64,000 bases of DNA from Octopus sinensis (taxonomy: Eukaryota), in contig NC_043021.1 of the NCBI RefSeq assembly GCF_006345805.1, forward strand, positions 28,210,001-28,274,000, read 5' to 3'. Position numbers and translations under genes: made by a program. The notes beneath the pieces are model-generated. The model saw nothing but the letters and a program-made list of their open reading frames with translations. It did no database searches and was not told the DNA's origin. This document shows positions 14,211 to 28,852 of this stretch, one piece after another (the first letter of the stretch is position 1; each line of letters begins with the position of its first letter).

Positions 14211-15880
14211 TTCTTATGCCTAGCATTTCTCTCAGGGTGCTTACACTCTGTCGTGCATTCACACTGACATTACACATCCAGCGGATCATGCTAGCTTCAT
14301 TTCTTTCAAGTCTACGCATGTCCTCTGCAGTCACGACCCATGTTTCACTGCCGTGAAGCATGGCAGTTCGCACACATGCATCATACAATCTACCTTTCAC
14401 TCTGAGTGAGGGACCCTTTGTCGCCAGTAGGGGTAGCAGCTTTCTAAACTTTGCCCAGGCTATTCGTGTTCTAGTGGTGACACTCTCTGAGCATCTACCC
14501 CACTACTAACTTGGTCACCCAGGTAGCGGAAACTATCAACTACTTCTAGTTTCTCTCCCTGGAGTGTGATGGAATCTGTTTTCTGAGTGTCTGTGGTATC
14601 TATTGTCCCTGTGCATCTGCCGCACATGAAAGCTATCTTATCTGTTAATTTCCCTTTATGTTTTGCTGCACCTCTTGTGCGTCCATAGCTTACATTGGGT
14701 GCATCTTATGGAGTTCTTCTACCACCTACACCTTTCCTACAGCTCGAGCAGGGCCACCTGCCCGATGGGGTGTGTGCTGAGTTCGCCTTTCTGCATACTA
14801 TAACTTTGTTCTTCGCTATATTTACTCTAAGGCCCTTTGATTCCAAGCCTTGTTTCCACACCCGAAATTTCTTTTTTTAGTTCCGGTAGCGATTCTGCTA
14901 TGAGGGCCAGGTCATCAGCATAGAGGAGCTCCCAGGGGCAACCTGTTTTGAATTCCTCTGTTATTGCCTGGAGGACTATGATGAATAAAAGGGGACTGAG
15001 GGCTGAGCCCTGGTGTACACCTACTTCTACACGGAATTCTTCACTATATTCGTTGCCAATCCTAACCTTGCTGACAGCCTCTCTGTATAGAGCCTGTACA
15101 GCCCTTATTAACCATTCGTGAATCAACAGTTTCCGCATCGACCACCAGATAAGGGATCGGGGAACCCTGTCAAAGGCTTTCTCCAAGTCCACAAAAGCTA
15201 TGTAGAGGGGTTTATCTTTAGCTAGGTATTTCTCCAGCAGTTGTCGGACCAGGAATCTAGCATCAGTGGTTCTCTCTACCCGACACAAAACCGAACTGCA
15301 TCTCATCTAAGCAAATTCTCCCTAATGAGATGGGTTATGACCCTCTCTGTGGCCTTCATCACCTGATCCAACAGTTTAATATCCTGTAGTTATTCTATCT
15401 AGAGCATCACCCTTACCCTTGTAGTAGTTGACTATGGTGCTGCTACGCCAGTCATTGGGTATGACTCCATTATGAACTACCTGGTTAACAATACGGGTGA
15501 CTAGGCCATAGCCCGCATAACCAGCTGTTTTAAGCATCTCAGCAGTGATTCATGATGGGCCGGGGGCTTTACCTGGTTTCATATCCTTAATTGCCTTAAC
15601 TACAAGGGGCTGTCTATTGGATAGCTGGTCCCTCTACTGGGTCAACATTTGGCAGGCTCTCCTCCTCTCATTCATTCTCCACATTCAACAGTCTTTCATA
15701 ATGGCTTCTCCAAGCCTCTTTCTTTTCACCAACAATAAAAGCAAGTGCCCCATCATCCATGCGGACACATTTCTCCCCTGTAACATCACTATTTTCTCTG
15801 ACACACTGTCTAGCATACGAAATACCTCAGTTCTTTGGTCCTCACGTCGCTGGACATTGGCAAACTTCTTTTCTGCTATG
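14211..15880 (-). mobile_element. RTE (BovB-like) LINE, RT region, 5'-truncated
   Basis: FVDLEKAFDRVPR, GVHQGSALSPLLF, LLYADDLAL, KGRLYDACVRTAMLHGSETW. Confidence 0.92.
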
Positions 15881-15963
15881 TGTGTGTGTGGTGTGTGTGG
15901 TGTGTGTGTGTGTGTGGTGTGTGTGGTGTGTGGTGTGTGTGTTGTGTGATGTGTGTGATGATA

Positions 15964-16060
15964 GGCAAAATCGACCTCGGCGGAATTTGAACTCAGAACG
16001 TAACGGCAGACGAAATACGGCTACGCATTTCGCCCGGCGTGCTAACGTTTCTGCCAGCTC
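15964..16060 (-). mobile_element. SINE-A head fragment
   Basis: Reverse complement of the head at 29964. Further SINE-A pieces near 23950-24070, 24130-24330, 26700-26850, 35500-35580 and 38735-38850. Confidence 0.8.
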
Positions 16061-17424
16061 TTTGCTTTTTTAATATTAAATTTCTTGCCTTTTGCACAAA
16101 TAAATACAATAAGTGAAATGAAACGCATTAGCTTAGAACGAAATCTTGTTAGAAGCCTCGTCACTGAGATGCCACTTCTTAATAGCAACGAAAGCAAGTA
16201 CTAACAGAATGGAAACATTTTCAATTTAATACATGTGGCTTATTAACTAGTTTTAAATATTGTTATTAGAAGGTGGCTGACTATAGGATCCTGGAAACAT
16301 GAGTACGTTAAATAATTAGAAGGATGCGCTTGTTTACATTTAAGATGTTTAATACGTCACCAAATTGGTGGTCGAGACGGAGTAAATAAAATAAAGCCGA
16401 ATGACGGAATATCATTGGTTAAAATTCTAATTATTAAACAACGTTAAACTTAGAAGTTACAATTCCGTTTTCATTCTGGTTTACAATTAAGTTTACTTTT
16501 GACACATTCTACCAGTATACGAAGTTTCAAATTGTTTGGTTCAGTAGGAAAAATTTGAAAAAACTGGCTTCAGAATAGAAAAGATCCCATTTCTCTTCGA
16601 TAAATTTATGTCCCCACCCAGACAGCAGGTTCGATTTCAAATCATGTAAAACAAAATCATATATTACACCTCTGGACAGATTTGATGATGAGCGAATGGA
16701 AAGTGTGGAAAATGGAACAAATAGCCACCAACATATATTAACATGAATTCCTTCAACCAGCGAAGAAGTCTGCAAATGCATTCTTAAAAACAGAGAAAAG
16801 AAAAATATTTATGAAACCGGTAACAACACACACTGCCAATTCTAAGTTGATTATAATGATTTCAGATTTTGGCAACATTTCCGGGAAAAGGCCAACAGTT
16901 ACGGGAAAAGGCTACATCGCTTCCGTCGATTCAAGTGCCCAGCTGGTACTTATTTGATCCTCTATAAGTTGATAATATTAAAAGCGATGTATATAAAATT
17001 AACGATGGAGCAAAAAAGGAAAAACAGAAAAGACCTACGCATGAAAGATGGAGCGTGATGACTCACCCAACGAAAACGTTTTCTAATCTAGAAGGATCAT
17101 ACGAAAATTTTATGCACATCCTTGCTGTAGATTGATAGATCATATCAAAAACGAAATAAGGATCATTAACAAATCTATCCTTGGTAATACCATCCGACGT
17201 ATGAGAGCTACTTCAAGCTTGACCAAAAGATATGTAGCAGCGTAACAATTAACAAGTTTCAGAAAATTACGGTACGTGTTCTAGGTGTAGCTATGTGGTA
17301 AGAAGACTGCTTGTCAATCCCTTGTTTCGTTCAACTGCGTGGCACTTTGGCCAAGTGACTTCTACTATAGCGTCGGGCAGACCAAACTCTGTGACAGCAT
17401 TTGTAAATATACATATAGCCTGTC

Positions 17425-17493
<69 letters not shown>

Positions 17494-18219
17494 ATCTACG
17501 CATATATATGTATATATATATATATACATATATGATATATGTATATATTATATATATATACGTAAACACATGTATATATATATATCCATAACGTGCCAAT
17601 TTTAAGTCATTTAAACATTTAACACCTTACTAATTTCACACTACCTACATTCCTTTCTATTCTCCCTTCTCTTTCCTCTTCTTCTCCTTCTTCTTCTTCT
17701 CCCCCTTCCCCTTCCTTCTCCTTCGTAACTTTATCACTAATGCTTTTTATTATAACACCTACGCAAATTCTATAAACAAACCTTTCAAAAGAAATATTTT
17801 CATGAATTGAACAGCCTCCACTTACCACTCAAAATACGACAATCATGGCACTCCCAAATTTTTCGTATTCTACCTCCCCTTCTCCTCTTCCTTCTTCTTC
17901 TCTACCAAGAATTCACAACGACCTCGAACCCACGAGAGTAAACGAGAGAGACAGAGAGACAGGCAGAAAGAAGGAAAATGCCACTATTTGAACACTATTC
18001 TTTTAAAAAAACCTTTCTTTTAATTTTTGTAAATTTAATTAATTACAGTTGAAAAGGTCACAATGAATAAAACCGGTACTGAAATATTTTTATAAAATTA
18101 TTTTAGCATGTTCTATCTTGACTTTTTGTTCTCCATATATATACTTCTAATATAGCATAAAATTTTTCAAAAGTTTCATCAAGTGGCCAGCATATTAAAA
18201 TATCTTCTAAGGTGAAAAT

Positions 18220-19290
<1,071 letters not shown>

Positions 19291-19450
19291 TGAATGTTTT
19301 CTTGTATCACATGTTTCGCTCATTGCCTTCTGCTTTTCATGAAGCATCTCTTTCAACGTCTCTTTTTGTCGTCGACAGCCGTCAGTCTGTTTCTCTTTCG
19401 CATCTCTTACTTCTCCCGTCGGTTTCTTCATTTTTCTTCTTTTGCTGCAG

Positions 19451-19499
19451 ACCCAAATTTATGGGGATTTAAGCAAATCCATACCAGTTACTATTCCAC
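19451..19499 (+). other. Candidate 49-nt internal exon of an unidentified gene
   Basis: Pyrimidine tract TTTCTTCATTTTTCTTCTTTTGCTGCAG, then 49 nt, then GTGAGT. Open in two frames (TQIYGDLSKSIPVTIP or PNLWGFKQIHTSYYS). No partner exon identified. Confidence 0.25.
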
Positions 19500-19799
19500 G
19501 TGAGTGAGAAATACATGTGGGCATGTGTATATGAATGTATGTCATTGTTCAGTTTATTTCAAGATTTCTTGCCAATAAAGAGCCGGTTTCTAACCTAGAT
19601 CCAAGGCTCCTTCATAGGAATTTCAACATCAACAACAGGATATTTTTGTCTGTATGTGTGTATGTATGTATGTATGTATGTATGTATGTATGTATGTATG
19701 TATGTATGTATGTATATGTGCAGATTTGTGTGTTTTGTTTTATGCATGTATTCTCATGCATATAGTTGCATACACAAACATGCTCATATATATTTGAAC

Positions 19800-20410
19800 G
19801 ATAAACTGTAAAGATTTACAGATTTTACAGTTCCAGTCTTCGAATTAGCCTTCTTCTTTTCTGGTTTTGAGGACCCTAGTTTCTCAAGACTGGTATTAAG
19901 GCAGTGTTACACATCCCAGGGCCACAATAATTACAGGTATAAGCTTGAACTTGTAATCTGGATAGATAGAGAAACTGCAAAATTTCTCAATAGCATTTTT
20001 TTTTCACTGATATTTAGTGTTATGGTAACATCCGCTGCGCAGCTAATTTCCACATCTGTGCGCAGTTTCTCTTCTCTATTCCAAATCATTATATCAGGTC
20101 TACACTGGGACACTCCACCAGTATTCCTTTTCATTATGAGTGGCTGTAGCTTCTACCATATTGTGGATTCTTGTTTCTTGGTCCTCGATTTATCTTTCCG
20201 ACGGATTTCATTAGAGAGCGTCCTAGCTACAACTTCATGTCTCATCGGTAGATAATATCGTGATGGAATTTTCCGACAACTGCTTATGATGTGGGTGATA
20301 TCTTCAGTTCTGACTCCACAAAATCTGCATCGGCTGTCACATCTCACTGCTTTTCCTGCTTTTCTATCCTCTCCGTGCAGTAGGTACTTGGTTGATATTA
20401 CCTGTTCCTG
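19800..20410 (-). mobile_element. R4/Dong-like LINE 3' fragment (CCHC + REL endonuclease)
   Basis: EQVISTKY, CRFCGVRTEDITHIISSC, RHEVVAR, RPDIMIWNRE, IPVIIVALG. Confidence 0.75.
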
Positions 20411-20773
20411 GATTGCAAACGTATACCCTTCAAAGTGTATGCATGTATGCATGTGTGTATATGCAGGCAAGCGTGTGTATGTGTATTATTTTATTGTTTT
20501 ATGTTTCCGTCCAAAGACTGTGGCCATACTGGAGCACTGGACGGTGTCATCACCTCCTCGGTGACCATTCTTGTGCTATTGGCTTTTGGCGAAGGAGGGT
20601 GTTCGTCACAGCTGTTCTCTCTTGAGTTTCTTGTCATGATATAGTTTCATCGGGGGACTTTGGACAGCTGGAAATCAAACAATTTCTTGAAAACATATAT
20701 CCCTACTCCATAAATTTCAGGCACTTTCGCAAGGCAGTAAATAGTTGTGGACCCTTCAATTACAAGCTACAGC

Positions 20774-20814
<41 letters not shown>

Positions 20815-20869
20815 AGGGAACTAAGTAACTGATTTTAAGCTAACTTACTTTACGGGATGTTCAAGGGCA

Positions 20870-21565
20870 TGGAAAAGCTAGTGGAGCGCAGCCTTGTAAA
20901 CCACATACCTTGTTACTCCATCTGGTGCGTAGTAGAAAAGGTTTGTCGAACAGCCAACCTTCGAACAGCCCACATACAGTTGTCCATGTGAAAAGCAGGG
21001 AGTGCTGAGGTCCAACCCCACGACTTTCAATGACTGACTCTGTGCTTTGTTGATGGTCATCGCAAAGCTCAGGCAAATAGGGAATTGAACGCGTTTCATC
21101 GGGTAAACACAGTCCGACGGAATCAATGGCATGCGGGAAATAAAAACAAGGTCCTCTGTTCCTTGACCCATGATAACTTTTGCATCGAGAATGTCATCCA
21201 AAAGTTGGGTGAGAACCAACCAAGTGTCATTGCAAAGTCGTGGGGGTTCCTAGTTTCGGAGGAGAATAATGGAACTTCCAACCTTGAAGCAGAGTTTATG
21301 GGGTGGCAAACCCGATGGCGCAAACTGTCGTGCATTTTTCTCGCGTACGCAACAACTGATGTACCTGCGCGTACAAATGCACGTTCCCACGGCTTTATTG
21401 ATCGTATTCTCACCTGGAATCGATTTTTGCAACGTTTTCAAGACTTATATACGCTCTAATACCGTCAGTATATACATATCAAACTTGAGCGCAATCGGAT
21501 GGAGGATGCCCGAGATCCTAGAAGACACACACACAGACTCAGAACGGATTTTATATAATATATAT
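20870..21565 (-). mobile_element. Internally deleted Helitron: 5' end joined to PIF1-helicase C-terminus
   Basis: PSGLPPHKLCFKVGSSIILLRN, RVQFPICLSFAMTINKAQSQSL, FSHGQLYVGCSKV. Minus strand starts TATATAAAATCCGTTCTGAGTCTGTGTG, typical of Helitron 5' ends. Confidence 0.8.
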
Positions 21566-21695
21566 ACATAGCTACTGCTGTACGTACACACATACACACA
21601 CATATATGTATATATATGTATATGTTTACATATATACATATATGTGTATGTATATATACATACACACATATATATATATGTATATATATATATAG

Positions 21696-21733
<38 letters not shown>

Positions 21734-21844
21734 ACATTATTGGTGAATTGAAGAAATGGAGCTGAACGCAGATTGAACAGAAATCGTTTTATTTCATTCT
21801 ACACGTGTTTCGAAAGCACAAATATATAGATGTATATATATATG

Positions 21845-21875
<31 letters not shown>

Positions 21876-21916
21876 TATATTATATATATATAATATATTA
21901 TATATATATATATCTA

Positions 21917-21965
<49 letters not shown>

Positions 21966-22413
21966 ATAATATATATATATATATATAATATATATATATA
22001 CGCTTACATGTATACATTTATAAAAATATACATGTACATATAAATAAGTGTAAAAAACCACCTTAGAGGATAGAAAATATCCAATGATTTACTGGTTTGT
22101 TACCTATTATTTTCTTTTGTATAGTAATATAACTAAAACAATAGGTTTAAATATAAATCCTAGGTTATAAGTATTCAAATTAAAACCCAGAAAATGGAGA
22201 GGTAGCGTTATTATAATTTAGTAATTGAAAACTTCAACATGTACCCTTACAGTTGCTTCGATTTCGAATTAAATTCCAAAAATTAAGATATTTTATTGGA
22301 ATATAAATGACATATTGTTTGGTTACTACATGTTATTCTTCCCAAACATCAACCTATGTTTTATAAATTATGTTAAAGCTACTGCTATATTTTCTGGATA
22401 TTAATATATATAT

Positions 22414-22601
22414 AACGTAAAGTATACTAGCCATCTGAATATGGCTAACCAGTAAGGGTGGGTGTTACTGTAGCTTTTAGCCCCGGGAGATCGTCGTCTC
22501 CAGGTGGCTTTAGGCACACGATGATCTCCTGGGGCTAAAAGCTACAGTAACACCCACCCTTAGTGGTTAGCCACATTGAGATGGCTAGTATACTGTACGT
22601 T
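22414..22601. repeat. 188-bp near-perfect palindrome (MITE-like)
   Basis: Arms 22414-22497 and 22518-22601 are inverse with about five mismatches; 20-nt loop. Confidence 0.9.
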
Positions 22602-22639
22602 GTCGAGCGGTTACTGTTTACATTTCGTTCAGAGATTTG

Positions 22640-22685
<46 letters not shown>

Positions 22686-23419
22686 CTAAAGAGGTGGGGT
22701 ATTTCAACGTAGGAAAAAATATAGGGAAATGTGTTGTTGAAAATGCGCTTATATTTCAAAAACTCGTACTTATTTAAAATACATTTATTTACATATATAC
22801 CAAAATAGTTTCAACAATATTTTTTGTTTATCAATGGTAAAAGTTTAAAATTATGAATTTGAAAAACAACTCTAAAAGTTTCAATTTTGATAAATTAAAA
22901 TGTTTCAATGTTGATCAATTAACATGTTCAAAACAGATAAATTTAGCCTTATGCATTAGGAGGACAGGTGCAAGTTTGAATGTTCGTAGCAGTCAATAAT
23001 ATTAAAACCGTATATTAATTTGTTTGAATGTACCAAGTTCATTAATGTTAGTGGTGTCAACAAATCATACTGAGTTAAGAGGGAAAAAAACAAGGGAGAA
23101 TTGAAAATAGTTAAAAAAGATATTTGGTTTATAGTTTCTCTGATCCTCTTTCCGTAGACGCTTTTGCTTGTAGTGGTATGTTTTAGGATCAAAGGTATTT
23201 ATAATTTTTTCCACGAGCTGATCTGAATTTGGATTCGTTAAAATACTGGGGACGTTTTATCGGTTGTCAAGCTTGTCGTTCTGCTTGGTTGACTTCCCTG
23301 TGGAGGTCATCAGTGGTTGGTTCTCATAAAGGGTAATTCTGTTAAGAATGTAATACAAAGCACTGACTACTACTACTACTATTATTCATTCAGTTAACTC
23401 TATAATGTAATTATATAGA

Positions 23420-23790
23420 CTCTCTTTACTCTTTACTCTTTTACTTGGAGCACCGCCTTTAGTTGAGTAAATCGAGCCCAGGACCTATTCTTAGTAAGCC
23501 TGGTATTTATTCTATCGGACCCTTTGGCCGAACCGATAAGTTACGGGGACGTAAACACACCAGCATCGGTTGTCAAGCGATATTGGAGGGACAAACACAG
23601 ACACACAAGCATATACACACATACATATATATATACGACGGCTTTCTTTCAGTTTCCGTCTACAAAATCCACTCACAAGGCTTTGATCGGCCCGAGGCTA
23701 TAGTAGAAGACATTTGCCCAAGGTCCCATGCAGTGGGACTGAACCCAGAACCATGTGGTTAGTAAGCAAGCTACTTACCACACATCCGCT
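23420..23790 (-). mobile_element. SINE-B (tRNA-like head, internal microsatellite)
   Basis: Minus strand GTGTGGTAAGTAGCTTGC (A-box-like) and GGGTTCAGTCCC (B-box-like). Collinear with 33438-33921. Confidence 0.85.
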
Positions 23791-24740
23791 TCTATGCCTA
23801 CATATAGAACATAAAGTACTATTATTGCTACACAAATTATTATGCAGAGCTCTTGTTTTAGTTCTCTTAGCGGATTATCATTTTCTCGTACGAACGGATG
23901 TGACCTAATTATAATTTAGCTAATTGATAATTGTTTCTACTTCATGCAACCCCATCCCCACGCAGTTTTTAGAGGTGAGGGTTAGTTGATACAATTAACA
24001 CGAGTATTTGACTGGTATCAAATGAAAGGCCAAGCTGACCTCGGTGGGATTTGAATTCAGAACGTAAATTTCTTTTCAAAGTCTTACGATTATATTATTT
24101 CAAGTCACTTGACGCTTAGTGGTTTCAGATTTTGACATAAAGCCAGCAAATTTGGAAAGAGGGTTTAATGAATTACATCGACACCTCTTCTCAATTGGAA
24201 CTTGTTTTATTAATTAAGAAATGAAGGCAAATTCGACCTCGGTGTAATTTGAACTCGGAACGTAAAGACCTGAAAGAAACGCCTCTAGGCATTTTGTCCA
24301 CGCTTTAACGATTTTGGCAGCTCACCGCCTTCTTGCTGCTAAATTAATAACATTTTTACTACCAAATCTTCACAACACATTTTATTCATTTTATTCACTC
24401 AAAACATTTAAAGAAGGCGTCAACACTTATTACAAATGGCATTATGAAGACTGAAATTCATTATGTGTCTGCTAACAATTGGATTCGTATTAAAAGACGT
24501 ATCTCCCTTTCCCTTCCAGCAATTGCCGGAAAATCGATGGTGAACATGTACAAAGAGCTACTTCACACTATATCCCGTTGTGATAGAGAAAACACTGCCA
24601 CCTGTCGTCAATGCTGTTAGGATACAATAGTCAATATATTTCTGATTAATGAATCTGTCTATAGAACAAGAAACAGCTGCTGGAGCAGAAACAATGCAAC
24701 TGTAAGAACTAAATCACAGCCGAGCATTGCCAATTGCACA

Positions 24741-25446
24741 CAGCGAGGCATTGGCAGCGAGGCATTGGCAGCGAGGCATTGGCAGCGAGGCATTGGCAGC
24801 GAGGCATTGGCAGCGAGGGATTGGCAGCGAGGCATTGGCAGCGAGGCATTGGCAGCGAGGCATTGGCAGCGAGGCATTGGCAACGAGGCATTGGCAGCGA
24901 GGCATTGGCAGCGAGGCATTGGCAGCGAGGCATTGACAACGAGGCATTGGCAGCGAGCATTGGCAGCGAGGCATTGGCAGCGAGGCATTGGCAGGCTAGC
25001 GAGGGCATTGGCAGCGAGGCGCAGCGAGGCATTGGCAGCGCGAGGCATTGGCAGCGAGGCATTGGCAGCGAGGGAGGCTGGTAGCGAGGCATTGAAAGCG
25101 AGGCATGGCATGCAGCAGCATAGGCATGGCAGCGAGGCATTGGCAACGAGGCATTGGCAGCGAGGCATTGGCAGCGAGGCATTGGCAGCGAGGCATTGTC
25201 AGCGAGGCATTGGCAGCGAGGCATTGGCAGCGAGGCATTGGCAGCGAGGCATTGGCAACGAGGCATTGGCAGCGAGGCATTGGCAGCGAGGCATTGGCAG
25301 CGAGGCATTGGCAGCGAGGCATTGGCAGCGAGGCATTGGCAACGAGGCATTGGCAGCGAGGCATTGGCAGCGAGGCATTGGCAGCGAGGCATTGGCAGCG
25401 AGGCATTGGCAGCGAGGCATTGGCAGCGAGGCATTGGCAACGAGGC
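24741..25446. repeat. GC-rich 14-bp minisatellite (CAGCGAGGCATTGG)n, about 50 units
   Basis: Period 14 by direct reading; translations repeat every 14 aa (3 units). Degenerate core near 24955-25140. Confidence 0.97.
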
Positions 25447-25489
25447 GGTTTTTACATGTAACAATGACAAGGAAGTTAGAAAAGACAAA

Positions 25490-26188
25490 ATCAAGAGGAA
25501 ATTCCCTAAACAGCAACACGATCACCAATACCATAAGAAGAAGGAGGAGGAGGAAGAGGAGGGAAGCAGTAGAAGTAGCAGCAAAAGAAGAACGAAGAGA
25601 AAGAAAAGAAGAGGGGGAAAAGGAAGAGGAAGAGGAAATAAAGAACGGAAAGATGGAGGAGGAGAAAAATAATAAGAATTCCCATAAACAGCAACACGAT
25701 CACCACTACAAGAAGAAGAAGAAGAAGAAGAAGAAAGAAGAAGAAAAGAAGAAGAAGAAGAGAAAAAGAGACGAAGAAAAGATAAGAACGAGAAGGAGGA
25801 AGAGAAGAAAGGAAGGGAAGAAGAAGAAAAGAAGAAGAAGGGAAAAGAAAGAAGATGAAGAAGAGAAGAAGAAGAAGGAAGAAAAACAAGAAGAAAAGAA
25901 AGAACGGGAAAAAAGAGGAAAGATAGAAAAAAGAGAAGAATAAAGAAGGAAAACGAAAGAAGAGATAAAAAAAGAGGAAAAGAAAAGAAAACAAAGAAAG
26001 AAAGAGGAAGAGAAGAAGAAGAAGAAGAAGAGAAGAAGGAAAAATACGATGATGATGAAAAGAAGAAGAGAAGAAGAAGAAGAAGAAGAATGAAGAAGAA
26101 GAAGAAGAAGAAGAAGAAGAAAAAGAAGAAGGGAAGATGAGATTGGAAGATGAAGATGAAGAAAAGGAAGATGAAGATGAAGAAGGAA

Positions 26189-26220
<32 letters not shown>

Positions 26221-26350
26221 AAGAAGAAGAAGAAGAAGAAGAAGAAGAAGAAGAAGAAGAAGAGAGCACAGAATATAAACGATTCTGCAAGCTTTCTGCT
26301 CTTGATGATGATGATGATGATGATGATGACGATCATGATGGTAATAAAAA
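25490..26350. repeat. Polypurine (GAA/GAG)n low-complexity tract ending in (GAT)n
   Basis: Direct reading. Confidence 0.95.
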
Positions 26351-26369
26351 AGATGAAATTACAAGAATT

Positions 26370-26690
26370 TGGACTCTGAGTATTGTGTCTGTCACCTCCG
26401 TATTTGTCGGGGCACTCGGAGTATTAACAACCAAGGTTGAGAAATCGGAATTGACATGAGAGGAGGGCAAGCTCAAAGAGTTGCTCTGCTGGCGACAGCT
26501 GGGATTTTGAAACTGGTTGTTGGGTGTTGAATTGCTGAGAAACAAATGATCGAAGCTTACAAAGCAGGGAGAGAAACCCGGTGAGGCCCCTGACCCCAGG
26601 CTGTTGTCCGCTCTCACAGAACCAACCAGAGCGAACAAGACTGAGCGCTCTCACAAGTAAAACAACAACAACAACAATAATTATAATAAT
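26370..26690 (+). mobile_element. R4/Dong-like LINE extreme 3' end with (AAC)/(AAT) tail
   Basis: FVGALGVLT and QRVALLATAGILKLVVGC* match the xGALG / LLGTAxILR terminus. Confidence 0.65.
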
Positions 26691-26857
26691 TCCTTCCACA
26701 ATATGGGGGAGGGTAGTAGTCGATTAAATTGACCCCAGTATTTCAGTGCTACTATTTTATCGACCTCGAAAGGATAAAGGGTGAAGTTGAGCTCGGTGGA
26801 ATTTGAACTCAGAGCGTAAGACGTGCATGCTAACGATTCTACCAGCAAACCTCCTTA

Positions 26858-26921
26858 ATAATAATAATAATAATAATGATAATAATAATAATAATAAATA
26901 ATAATAATAATAATAATAATA

Positions 26922-26996
<75 letters not shown>

Positions 26997-27040
26997 TTAC
27001 TACTACTACTAATAATAATAACGATAATAATAATAACGAC

Positions 27041-27100
<60 letters not shown>

Positions 27101-27221
27101 GATAATAATAATAACGATAATAATAATAATAATAATAACAATAACGATAATAATAATAATAATAATAACGATAATAATAATAATGATAATAATAATAACG
27201 ATAATAATAATAATAATAACG

Positions 27222-27295
<74 letters not shown>

Positions 27296-27303
27296 AAGAA
27301 GAA
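26858..27303. repeat. (AAT)n/(GAT)n/(ACT)n/(GAA)n compound microsatellite
   Basis: Direct reading. Confidence 0.95.
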
Positions 27304-27900
27304 GGAATATATTCACAGACATGACAGAGTTGGAACCTACATACATTGGAAGCTATGCCAACATTATGGAATAACAACAGAAAAAAGATGGTATAGGCAC
27401 ACACCAGAAAAGGTCACAGAAAACGAGAAAGCAACCATACTCTGGGATATGCCGATACACACAGATAGAGAAATTAAGGCCAACACACCAGATATAGTTG
27501 TCAGAGATCATGAAGAAAAAAAATGCTTTCTAATTGATGTATCAATACCGGCTGATGACAACGTGTCTCTAAAAGAAATGGAGAAACTCTCAAAATACAA
27601 AGACCTGGAAATAGAGGTAACTAGAATGTGGAATCTGAAAACAGAAACAATTCCTATCATAGTAGGTGCATTAGGCATGATAAAAAAATATTCAGACACA
27701 AATACATAACAAAAACACCAGGACTTACAAACACATATAACATACAGAAATTGCACTACTAGGCACTGCACACATCCTACGCAGAACACTTTCCATACAA
27801 TAACCATCAGAGCATCACAACAAATCACAGCACATACCCAAGGCACACAGAGCTGCGCTCGGTAGTGAAGTGAAAGCACGCTATAAAATAAAACTACTGA
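27304..27900 (+). mobile_element. R4/Dong-like LINE 3' fragment (REL endonuclease, 3'UTR)
   Basis: RHDRVGTYIHWKLC, ILWDMPIHTD, NTPDIVV, LIDVSIP, EKLSKYKDLEIE, PIIVGALG; runs into (AAT)n. Confidence 0.9.
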
Positions 27901-27909
27901 ATAATAATG

Positions 27910-27945
<36 letters not shown>

Positions 27946-27977
27946 TAATAATAATAGTAATAATAACGATAATAACG

Positions 27978-28008
<31 letters not shown>

Positions 28009-28256
28009 TAATAATAATAACGATAATAATAATAATAATAATAATCAAAATAATAATAATAATAATAATAATAATAATCATAATAATAATAATAATAATA
28101 ATAATAACGATAATAATAATAACGATAATAGTAATAATAATAATAATAATAACGATAATAATAATAATAATAATAATGATAATAATAATAATGATAATAA
28201 TAATAACGATAATAATAATAATAATAATAACGATAATAATAATAATGATAATAACG

Positions 28257-28306
<50 letters not shown>

Positions 28307-28326
28307 TAATAATAATAATAATAATA

Positions 28327-28368
<42 letters not shown>

Positions 28369-28579
28369 TAATAATAATAACGATAATAATAATAATAATA
28401 ATAATCATAATAATAATAATAAAAATAATAATAATAATAAATAATAATAATAAATAATAATAATAATAAAAATAATAATAATAACGATAATAATAATAAT
28501 AATAATAATCATAATAATAATAATAAAAATAATAATAATAATAATAACGATAATAATAATAATAATAATAATATGATAA

Positions 28580-28672
<93 letters not shown>

Positions 28673-28773
28673 TAATAATAATAACGATAATAATAATAAT
28701 AAAAATAATAATAATATAATAATAATAATAATAATAAAAATAATAATAATAATAATCATGATAATAACGATAA

Positions 28774-28852
<79 letters not shown>

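Noticed and set aside
16527-16781. 84-aa ORF with a plausible minus-strand splice acceptor
   Set aside because: No recognisable motif or convincing donor in any frame.
24659-25943. 392-aa and overlapping ORFs; CRISPR-like appearance
   Set aside because: Produced by the stop-free 14-bp unit plus the GAA tract. Units are contiguous with no spacers and no cas genes are present.
26876-27709. 277-aa poly-N/K-nuclease ORF
   Set aside because: A microsatellite in frame with a LINE fragment.
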